A DNA stretch of 64,000 nt from Phoronis australis. Taxonomy: Eukaryota > Animalia > Phoronida. The notes beneath the pieces are model-generated. The model was not told the DNA's origin, ran no database searches, and was given only the letters and a program-made list of their open reading frames with translations. Made by a program: the position numbers and the translations under genes. The stretch is taken from the NCBI GenBank assembly GCA_002633005.1, contig NMRA01000512.1:4540-68539 (forward strand), in the 5' to 3' direction. Positions 37,409-47,840 of this stretch are shown piece by piece (within the stretch, counting starts at the first letter, position 1; each line of letters begins with the position of its first letter).

Positions 37409-39137
37409 GTAAGTATTCATAGTTATTTTCGGAGAATTCGTTAATTTCATGCCATCTGTTTCTCCGCAGTACTCCCAAGAACTGTGGGGGTCTCATTGTG
37501 AGATTACCAAAGAAAAATCTGCAAACATGTCACAAACACGAATACTATAGGGAAATGTCAATGTTTAGTTTATGTTCTCTCTGTAAACCACATTTTAGTT
37601 GTATCTGACCCAGATGTAATTTCAGATCATGTGTTGCGTAATCTGATCTTAGATCAAAGCAATCACGTATCTCCCAGTGGGATAAACGAGTCCACGGTTC
37701 AGTCCACCATATTGAATATGTTACAGGTAAAGTAAACAAACCAATTGACTTGCGTTTCCCCATGCAAGTGTACTAAAGAATACGAGATGTTTAAAACATA
37801 TGTACCAGGCAAGAATTTTATGATGACACTTGGTTTACCTCAAAATCTAACTGCTGCCTGGTGGTCTGATAATTGGCCTAATTATGCTGCACAACCAGCA
37901 GAATTGATGAGAAACATATTTTGGCAACATTAAACAAGCGTTTTAGGTCGTAAAAGTCACGTTCTTTTTCCAATTTTCAAAATACGAATCCTAATCGCGT
38001 CTGCTTTTCACGAAATATTCAAATGTGCTTTTCACAAACTTTAAGAAAGAAATTTTAAAAATACTACTCTCGACCCCAATGTGTTTATGATAGGCCTCTT
38101 TTTCTAGAGAACGATAACATCAGCAGCATTAGGCGATTTAATTAACCACAACAGCACGGTGTCTTTGATCTAAACCGGCAGATTCTGAGGTGCACAAACC
38201 GGTCAAGTTGCCCAATCTCAACTGGTTTGGGTGTCATGGTAGGATTCTTTTCATGTATCAACTAGATTGTAAATTCCCATGATTTTAGTATTCAGTAATT
38301 CGCAAGGCCAGCCACGTTTTTGCTAAGTCCACACCGTGGTCAGTATTCGCAGTTGTAGTTAGCAGTCAATAAAAAATGCGAGTCTTCAAATTACTTTAGC
38401 CTTAACTATATTACAATCGCAACTTGTTTTTTGTATGTACTTTATTAATAAAAAGAAATATATACAGGTAACAGGATCACGAAAACACATCGACACACTC
38501 ACTGGAAGCACCCGCGCATCATTGTTTCCCAAACGGGTTAACGTTACGCACGTAAATTACGTGCGTACGTTAATTCTTGTTACATGTGTAAAGTAATTAT
38601 TTGCGGTATCAAGTAACTTTTGACGGCGTAAATAATTACTGTACTTTACGCCCCAAATTATCACTTGACGCCGCAAATTATTACTTTCCGCCTCTAACAA
38701 GAATTTACGTGCGTAAGTTTAGAGACGCAAAGTAATTATTCACGGAGTAAAGTATTTTTAACAGCGTTAAGTACATGTAATTATTTGCGGCGTATTTAGT
38801 TTACGCCGCAAATAATTTCTTTACACCTCTTACAAGAATTACCTTATACATGTAATTTTGGTGCCTATCATTCACTCATTTTGCTAGCTATAGCGCATTC
38901 ACCTACCCGTCTACACTGCGTTCAGAGTTGTCTTGGGAAATAGTTGTGTATAACCATTTTCAGTTAAGTTATTATTTTAATTAAATAACAAAATGCTTCG
39001 ATGGATTTAAAATTCTCTCTTTATTATCTTAAAGAGTAAAATTTGGCAATTATTTTTTACACTTCGATACGTATATGAAATATTTTAAGTGCAACAAAAG
39101 AGGGTTTAGTATCCTTCTAAAGACAGAGTGCGATGCA

Positions 39138-39920
39138 GAATGCTGAGTGTTGGCCAAGACCATTTTGTCCACCTGACGTCACACGCATACTGGCGCCTAC
39201 AATGGAGGTTAGGAGACTTCGCAGTGGTAGCCTGCCCTTGTAGAGTCTGCAGTTTTTTTACGCAGTTGGTAACTCGACTCCGGGTGATGACATCATTTGT
39301 ATCAAACAAAGATACTCTATACCGATATATACATGTATATATGTTTGTATGCCAGGCCACGGACAGTGCTGTTCTTGAATGGAGCTGTTTACGGATATTT
39401 AGGCAAACCTTTGGCAAATGTGAGTCGACTTTGAACAAAAACATTACCATTTTGGTCGACATAACTTTCAAAATTTTAATGAAAAACAAAATAGCCGAAT
39501 GCTCGGCCACATTCCACTCACAGGCAGCAGACCCCGTCTTATCACTGCCGTAAATCATGAGAAGCTGAAACGTAAACACAAGCTCTGCATACTTAAATAG
39601 GATAACGTGGCCATTCACAGTACCCGCGGACGCACTGGACTCAGTTCAGACACTCAACTCAGCAAAATTATTCATCATGCCGCAGCCTCAGAATTCACTA
39701 TGTAACATATCACAAATACATTCTTAATTCTTAGATTTTAAGGATTGACGAAAGAAAGTCACGATACCCAAATCTATCACTCGTCTGATGCTACTTGGTC
39801 CGTACTGATAGGCAAAATCAGTGGTTAACTCGCTTTACGAGTTCTCATGTCCTCCACTGGGGGCGCCAGCATGCATGTGACGTCAGTGGACAAAAGGGTT
39901 TTGGCCAACATCCACCATTC
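39138..39920. repeat. ~70-bp inverted repeat pair (39138-39208 / 39851-39920), each arm with TGACGTCA
   Basis: Arms align in reverse complement; probably subterminal repeats of a DNA transposon in intron 1 of the lectin-like gene. Confidence 0.75.
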
Positions 39921-40289
39921 GAGTACGATATTGAAAGCATAATTAGGGCTTCACGTTGCCGCGCCGGCGTTATACCTGTATTCCTGCTGGCAAAAGAATT
40001 CTGATCGAAACTTGAGCAGCAGGTTGTGTAGTAAAGCTCGTTTTTCGTATCACACAAATGTAAGCACTAGAAAAATGTAGCCTCAGTCCGTACAAATGCC
40101 TGTTAGTGGTTTTGGGAGTACTAAAACGAGGCACGTGGGCTAAAAATGACAAACACTATTTTGAAATTTTAACTTTTCGGAGAAATCTCATTCATGTCCT
40201 TTAAGTTAAAATTTCACAACGCTATAAAAATTGATTTAATGTTACTCTTTCGTAAACATTGTCTTGCTTGCTTCTCTGTCCCGTTTTAG

Positions 40290-40446
40290 GTCACGGATAC
40301 AAGGAACTTGACCCTTGGAACGTTGTTAAGGTCTACCCTGAGACGATGACATACGAAGACGCAGTAGTCGAGTGCAGAGGTAGCGTGACCGGTAAATCGT
40401 CCGCGGATTTATTTTCTGGCTATGCGAAAGTTCTCAACAAAGTGGT
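40290..40446 (+). CDS. Exon 2 of C-type-lectin-like protein
   Basis: CCGTTTTAG| acceptor, phase 1 (T+GT = Cys). CHGYKELDPWNVVKVYPETMTYEDAVVECRG...KVLNKV+GT|GTAAGT. The MTYEDAxxEC motif is typical of CTLD helix 1. Confidence 0.75.
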
Positions 40447-40482
40447 GTAAGTGATGATTGCTTATAAATGAATAACTAGCAA

Positions 40483-40668
40483 TCATGATAATAGTGATAT
40501 AACACTGATAATAGTAATGACCATGATGATAATTATAATGATAAGGATACTAATACTAATAATGACCATGATGATAATTATAATAAGAACACTGATGAAC
40601 ATTATGATATTTATAATGATGAGGACAATGATAATGATAATGACCATGATGATAACTATAATGATGAG
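40483..40668. repeat. Degenerate (ATA/ATG)n trinucleotide low-complexity tract
   Basis: Read directly; explains the I/M-rich spurious ORFs. Confidence 0.9.
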
Positions 40669-40716
40669 GAAATTGTTTCCAAAAAAACCTGTCCAGCAGA
40701 AGCAAAGCAAACACCT

Positions 40717-41224
40717 AATAAATAGACAAACAGCATACAACTTCACATTCCTGACATGTTTCGAGGTGCACCCATCATTCACAGAGCTACAAGAACCAGC
40801 ATGACGTAAATGTCCAGGTCACAAGTAAAAAGGTCATGCAGCTGTGAGATATGATGGGTCAATAACACAATTGTAAACAAGCCTCTATTCCATACAATAA
40901 CCTCAGAACAATGTGAGACCAGGTTGTACACTTGCGCATTCAGGGACGGTTTTAACCAACGAATATACAAGGCCTCCTTAAGTTAAGTCATTAGTCTGTC
41001 ATCGCACTGTCCAAGCTTTCAAGATTGGACACTGAGCATATTGAATAGAGGCTTGTTTACCTTTGTGTTATCGACCTATCATGTCTTACACCTCCATGAT
41101 CTTTTAGTTGTGACCTTGATCTTTACGTCAAATATTGGTTCTTGTACCTCTGAGAATGAGGAGTGTACATGTACCTCGAAACATGTCAGGAATGTGAAGT
41201 TGTATATTAATTTGGCTATTTATT
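40717..41224. mobile_element. Foldback MITE with ~175-bp imperfect inverted arms
   Basis: 40717-40890 is the reverse complement of 41043-41224 (e.g. ATACAACTTCACATTCCTGACATGTTTCGAGGT / ACCTCGAAACATGTCAGGAATGTGAAGTTGTAT). Confidence 0.8.
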
Positions 41225-41591
41225 GAATAACGACAACGATAATACTCTTAGCACATTTGGAAGAACAGTGCTCCACACACATTTGAAAATAACAAATCCT
41301 AACAGCAACGGTGTTGTTGTAAACTAAGAAATACGTGTTCATTCCATCTCACCTATGATGCTCACGTTTTAAAATTGACTTTACGTTCTACCTCAAAAAC
41401 TAGAGTAAAACTTACCACTCCTCTACAAAAATGTTGGCCCAATGAGCTATGACGTCACTGATGACATCACCAGCAGAGTTACAGCAGGCAATACAAATGA
41501 GTTCTCATATAAATTTCAATTCCGTGACTTGTGTTTTTACTGGAACATTACTGACAAAGACTTTGAAAAAAGTTACTTACCCCTTTTTCAG

Positions 41592-41716
41592 GCAATTTGA
41601 CACGTGGTACATGGCGTATTATGGACAGAGAATCAAAGTAAACAGTGACGGTACCTTTACCATGGACAACATTGAAAATATTAATGAGGATGTTTACCCA
41701 TTCATATGTCAGTGTT
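41592..41716 (+). CDS. Exon 3 of C-type-lectin-like protein
   Basis: CCCTTTTTCAG| acceptor, phase 2. QFDTWYMAYYGQRIKVNSDGTFTMDNIENINEDVYPFICQC+T|GTAAGT. PFICQ is a CTLD terminal motif. Confidence 0.75.
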
Positions 41717-42881
41717 GTAAGTACATATTTGTGCGCGTGTGCGCATGCGTGTAACCCTGCGTATGTAAACCTACTATGAAACTCGAACCTCACCTAAAAT
41801 AATTACAAATGGGTGCATGTTTTATTGAGTTGTCTTCTCTTTTACAAGCGTTAGAGCGACGCAAAAAACAATTAGAGAGTAGCTTATTTGAAATTTCACG
41901 GAAATATGTGATATCTGCATCCACGCGGCTCCATGGACAAATAGGTCAGTCTCTCGTAATCTCACCCGATATCCTGCAACTCATTGACGTGGTGTCAATT
42001 TCAGGGGATTCGAAAGAGACAGAGGAGACCATGGAACACGAACACATGGAGCAAAGTTTTGGCTTCTGGTAAGCTGACGATAATCGAAGCCCACCGTGCC
42101 ATTCAGTGACAACATTACGGCGTTCTCCTGTTGAGTCCAACTTAGTTCGGTTGTATAGCACAATAACAAGTTGGCGGATGGCCGCTGTAGCCAATATCTT
42201 ACACGATTAAGTCCATTCTGGCATTTACGGTTGGAGAGTCAGCTCTTTTGTTCGATAATTGCTCTAATCTCCGATTAGACCGTAGCTAGCCTGATTGGGC
42301 TATTATAAAATGTTTGAACATAAACCAATAACATTTCTGAAATCCTCGTCAAATGCTGATCATGATACTGAATCACCAAAATCACCCAACTACAGCCGAT
42401 GTTAAGACAGTCGAATTCGTACCGACGCACTGGGTTTGACTGTGTTCACACGTGGTCGGTAATAAGCCTGGTAGATAATTGACGTGCATGTTGTCGGTCA
42501 TACCGCTCTACGTCTGGCCACTGAACGGGAGAACGCCCAAATGAGCGATTGCTCTCAACCACCGTACAACATGACTTATCCAAATCTTTTGGATACTTGG
42601 AAATATTTTTTACGGTGTTGTGAAATCTGTACTTTCAATTTTCTTCCCCACAAACATAAACATTTGCGTATAAACACGTTTGGCTGGGTCGCAGTTCGTG
42701 AAATCTTTACTCTTGGTATCATTTTTTACATTTGTTCTCAAATAGTGATGACGTCATGTCAACAATCTGTCGGAAATCTTATGAAGCGATCTCAGTATGT
42801 CACCCACCTTAAATTAGAAAGTGTTGGACTAATAACAAAACATGTTACATTTACATTATATGTGTTTTAATTGTTTTACAG

Positions 42882-43266
42882 AATTTTAGAGAGATTGTGT
42901 GACGCATACACAGAAATTGATCACCTTTTGTTTCGAGTTTAACCGTCCAAAGACCTCACGTGTTCTCACTGAGGCACTCTCTGTCTAATATTTTTCTCAG
43001 TCGTCACTCGATGATCTCACAGTACACGCACGAAATTTTGCTAGAATTCTTTCTTTTCTTTGCGTTACACAGAAATAGCTACTATCCTCTGCCAGTGCTG
43101 TATTGGGGTTCATGATTTATCATACATATACATTTAGGAACTTGTTATGTCATGGCGGCTCGCCCATCAATGAAATCAAATGAAACATCGTCTATGTCTT
43201 CTGTGTCGCTGAAAGGTATCCATTTGACGATGTTACGTGTGATCTGAATGTTACTCGGCTAATAAA
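42882..43266 (+). other. Probable terminal exon of lectin-like gene (completes split stop T|AA, then 3'UTR)
   Basis: TTGTTTTACAG|AA acceptor; AATAAA at 43261. Confidence 0.5.
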
Positions 43267-43837
43267 ACGGTGGAAGCTGATGGTTATGGTTTTGTTTTCA
43301 TCTACGGTACTTGAAACAGACTGTACAGTGGACAGCTGAAGGTGAGCCCACTGAAGCTCAACACGTGGTTTCCGCATATGCCTCACAATGACTATAAATT
43401 GTAGCTTGATATTTGAAGTGATTTGTTAGTCAAAATGGGTGTCAATCTGTCATTGGAAAAGAAACTGCACACCGGAGGACTGTCTTCAACCTTAGACCAT
43501 TCATTTTAGTCCTATATGTTCTAACAAAGAGCAAGTAAATGTTCTAACAACGAGCAAGTATATAAACTCACGGAGAACAATACTCCACTCTGACTTCGAT
43601 CAGTGCATATTAGGAAAATCTTACGCTACCACGATTTCCATGTTAGTGGACGAGAAAGCGAGCACTGTTTAATTTAGAGTTTCCAACGACTAACAAGGCT
43701 GTTTTTAAATTGAAAAGTGAATACTAGTCGTCTTTGATTTTTTTTGAGATCGATGCATTATACACTGTAACTGAAATTAGCGAATAGGTTTTCTTCAGCA
43801 TGGCGACTAAGCCACGAGCGTTAATTTGTGAATCAAT

Positions 43838-44239
43838 GGGTCCGTCCCGGATTACACGGCGCTTGAACTCAGTCTTCTTTGTTCCGGAGATAAGAAAGCG
43901 CGTGACCTTGTTTTGGTAATCAGACACATTTTCGTGTCTCTCATTGTTGTCGGGAAAGCGAAGAATTTCGGATCAGGCCATCCACGGGTATTTGTTCAGA
44001 CCATTAAACTTTCTCACGTAGGAGTTACAACCCACAACACAACAGTAATACTTCGTTGGCCTTGGAAGGACGAATAGAGTAATGCAACGGAGAAAACTTT
44101 TAAAGAATCAAACAACAAATAACATGTGAAACTTCAGTGGCACGAAAACGAAGAAGCAAAGGTGCCTTACGAATGTTTACGGCGTAATGGGTAAATACAG
44201 TGAGAGTTCGAGTGTCACCGTGTAATCCGGGACGGCCCT
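43838..44239 (-). mobile_element. ~400-bp ISL2EU-like deletion derivative with THAP N-terminal remnant
   Basis: AT|GGGTCCGTCCCGGATTACACGG...CCGTGTAATCCGGGACGGCCCT|AT. Minus strand reads KYYCCVVGCNSY...KYPWM, then frameshifted KFFAFP. Confidence 0.75.
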
Positions 44240-46299
44240 ATTACGACGTGTTAGTCACAGTTCGACCTGTACGTTGGTGTAAAAATTGCGTCATGCACAA
44301 ATGAAATATTCCTCAAATTTGAATATCGCCTGAACACTTCATCTAACACGTTTGTTCTTTTTTAATATTGTTAAACGTAGCTGGGAAAGCAAACTGTGCC
44401 ACGTTACCTCGTTACCTTTACAAAAATATTCAAATTCCTAGTTATCTTGGAAAGACATGATTTCTTATCACAAAGCACTCTTCTTTAGTCGGTAAACCAG
44501 CCTATAGAGCTGAAGTTGGCTACTGTTCCCTGACCTTTGACAACAATAGAAATATGTCGTAAACGGTTCAGCAAAAGGCCACTTTCAATGTACAATCACG
44601 GGACTTTCAGTCATGTATAAGGTTTTTTTGCCGACTACTATTCATACAGCTAGTTCGTTAGGTTTTCCGATCGTCTTCATACAGCTATATACCTTGTCTT
44701 TCCCATTTTTTTGGATTAGGTCTTCTCGTCCGACTTCCTGTCCGCAGTTCGTGAAGCTCAGCGCATCATGACCTAGCCTGTAAATGCTCTTGTAATTTTT
44801 TAATAAATTCGGTTTTACAAATGAGCAGTTTTCGTAAATAAGCCATATAGAATTTTCATGACCATGAAACACACATGCACGTGGGTGATGTAAAAAACAG
44901 GTATGGGTAAATTTCTTTTATTTGTTCATTTATTTATTTTCCATCAATGCTTCCCGTGTCGCACAGTGGCTTTTGACTTCAGTCAACACGTATCTCACAA
45001 ACAATTCTTGCGTTTAACGCTGCTATGAGCCCTCTTTTCGACAAAAACAGTTAAGGGTAAGATCAGTAAGTTAACAAGTTTTTCTTCATCAACATAGACT
45101 GGGAAGAATTCCCAGTTCACTTTTGACTTGACATTAGGCTCTATATCTTGTCACGACGGGTCATCATCCGCTAACAAGGTGTCAAGCAACATACATCAAG
45201 GAATATACATGTACCTATTCTTTCCAAGCCCGGAAATACTAAAAGAAACAAACTGAGACCAGCGCCTGTGCCTAATCTTGTATTCGACTTATTTTGAATA
45301 TTTTCCGTTATACATACGTACGTCATCAAGCAAAATGTTCAGTTTTATGCATGCGCTCGAGTACGCACTACGGAAAATTACTTGTATGGCTGCGTAATCA
45401 TGTCTTACACTAGATGACCCATTATCAAAGAACCCGAGGTTTCGAATATTTACTCGAGTTTGTAGCTCTAATCCAGAGGTCATCAAGTGCGAACATGGAC
45501 GGGATACTCGTCAGCATAACCCATGGCGTAAACGAGCAGTGAAAAACAGTCGGACACTTGTGTTCGTACAAAAATAATATGGAGTAACATTTCGAGTGCA
45601 AAGATAAGACACCATCCCAAGGGGCTGTTTCGTGAAAAATGACTCGTGTCAAAAATCTAACCACTTTGCATCCCGCACAACTAGATTTGAATCCTCTCAC
45701 ATGAATAAAAGTCCAACGTCTCCAAAAATATTTTTTACTGTTCTTTCCACTTTTGTGAGAACTTGAGATAAGTGTTTAAATATTAGTCTATGCTCCAGTA
45801 AATAATAACTTACGTCGATAACAGTCAAATCTTAGGTTGCAATTGATGACCCCAGCAGTAGGACTAAAGGTTCGAGTTTGAACTTGAAATTGCGTATTTT
45901 CACTCGAAATCTCTGGACCAAGGGTCTAATTGTTTTACCCAAAATCGAACTCAAAATAATTTTCAGTATTTTCTATTGTACTTTTGTGTGAACTCAAGCT
46001 AAGTGTCTATTTTTATGATCCAGCATATAATGGTTGTACCTGATGACCCCAGCATTAAGGCTGAAAGTCCGAGTCGCTTAACTCGAAATTGTGATTTTTT
46101 ACTTGAAATCTTGGATTTTTACTCGAGTTCCGGATGCATTTGAGACTGCGAAAATAGTCGATATGCTTTGAATGGTATTTGAGGCTACGAAGTGTTCCTA
46201 ATGGATTGTTGTAACTGAGTGCGGCATTGAATATCCACGTACGAAGTACAGATGGTGGTTCAGAGATTTCATCGACTAGCGTGAAATCGTTTCTACTGA

Positions 46300-46568
46300 G
46301 CCGCGCCCCCTTCAGGCCGCGAGTATAAGAAATATAAAATTACAATGGCTTGCGGTATGCATGTTCAATGCTATAGCGACAGCTTGTACTTTGGAAACTG
46401 TGCTTGACCCTTCCTCGCGACATTCTAAATCCGCTCGTATTCCTCACAAAATAAGGACAAAAGAAAATGCATTTTTCCGCGTGAGTTTAAACCCAATAAA
46501 CAGTCTATCCAACAGTATTGTCTTGTGGAGTTCTCTAGTACTCGATCCCTTTAAGGCCAACGCAGACG
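46300..46568 (+). promoter_or_regulatory. Putative promoter and non-coding exon 1 of sushi gene A
   Basis: GC-rich CCGCGCCCCC, TATAAAA 46333-46339, donor ACG|GTAAGC at 46568/46569. Acceptor at 46979 just before the ATG. Confidence 0.45.
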
Positions 46569-46988
46569 GTAAGCTACGCCCCTCGAATGTAAATAAGCTC
46601 AGCCTCCATTTGCGGCAAAATGAACCGTGAGGATTTTGCCTCGCGAGGCGGTGAGGCGTATGTCTCACTTGTTGGGTTTCTTTGACGTCGCTTTTGGTTG
46701 AAACTTGAAATCCTCACAGACGGTGAGCAATGTGCTTAGCCGATCGGTATTGGTAGCCAACAAAAATTAATTATTGCATCATCTGACAACAACGAAATTT
46801 ATCTCGTTGGCTATAATTGTAATCGTGTATATTCCAGTTACGTTGTTTATTACGAACTTTCATATGTGATTTACGACAGGTCCTATAACGACAACGCGAG
46901 AAAATTTCACTCGAGACAGATGTACAGCTCAGATCGTGGATTTCCGTGTACACTGGCCCTTAAACACATGTTCCTTCAGGGTTCCACC

Positions 46989-47840
46989 ATGAAGGCAGTA
47001 GCGTTACTATTGGCCGTTGCAATGTTGCCACGTCACGTGACTCCAGCCTGTGTTGTGCGCAACGCCACGAGAGCTCGCCCAGTCTCGCTGCAAGTCGGTG
47101 ACAATGTCCAGGACGGAAGTCTCGTGACCTACTACTGTCTTCCTGGTTGGGTCATGAATGACGAAGGCCATGACGCAATGAACGTAACTTGTCTCCATGA
47201 TAACTGGAGTGCAGTGGTCACGTGTGATACGGCGCTCACGTGCACGGTCGATTACCTGCATCATGGATCTGCAAATCGTCATGCTGGCACAGTAATCACG
47301 TATCTATCTAGAGTGACATTCTCGTGTAACCTTCCCTTTCAATTCACCAATGGAATTAGCACATTAACTCGCGTGTGCTTACGTCACAACACGTTAACTC
47401 CTCCGCTTGACAACGAGTGCGTGGAAATAAAACAAGGAAATAAAACAGCAGACGCGATCACAAAGGGAAAGAAGAAAAGCAAAGTTAAAAGAAACCTAAC
47501 TGTATTGACCATCGTTTGTGGACTATTGATATCGGTGATTTTTCTATCAGCATGTGTGGCAACCCGCCCGACTTATTGGGTTTTGGACCTGCACCGCCCT
47601 TCTGCTCAGAAGATTTTTCAGGCGCGTCGAAGTCTGAGACGTTCCACTTGTAAAGTTGCCGACATCCCGGCGGTTGTCATAACGCCGCCGACACCCGAGA
47701 GGAAAATGTTGATTATATCGAAAAATACGGTTACACACATCCACAGCACCGAAGTGCAATCGTTTGCAGTGAAGACACCGAAAGATGGGTTGCGTGTCAC
47801 GCCATCTGGACCTATTGGTCGAATTAGTGAACCAAAATGA
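46989..47840 (+). CDS. Type-I membrane protein with two sushi/CCP domains (283 aa), single coding exon (gene A)
   Basis: CCACCATG Kozak; signal MKAVALLLAVAMLPRHVTPA. Two modules of 4 Cys (VTYYCLPGW...TC...W...C; VTFSCNLPF...VC...C), N-glycosylation sequons, TM segment, and a basic/Pro-rich tail with PAVVIT. AATAAA at 47913. Confidence 0.85.
   Translation: MKAVALLLAVAMLPRHVTPACVVRNATRARPVSLQVGDNVQDGSLVTYYCLPGWVMNDEGHDAMNVTCLHDNWSAVVTCDTALTCTVDYLHHGSANRHAGTVITYLSRVTFSCNLPFQFTNGISTLTRVCLRHNTLTPPLDNECVEIKQGNKTADAITKGKKKSKVKRNLTVLTIVCGLLISVIFLSACVATRPTYWVLDLHRPSAQKIFQARRSLRRSTCKVADIPAVVITPPTPERKMLIISKNTVTHIHSTEVQSFAVKTPKDGLRVTPSGPIGRISEPK

Noticed and set aside
40483-40804. Ile/Met-rich hydrophobic ORFs on both strands
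   Set aside because: Translation of a degenerate ATA/ATG microsatellite inside an intron.
47222-47292. 69-bp indel interpreted as precise intron loss (segment starts GT, AG nearby)
   Set aside because: The AG is retained in copy 1, a GT-AG intron would be 71 nt and break the frame, and the segment encodes Cys residues conserved in the paralog.
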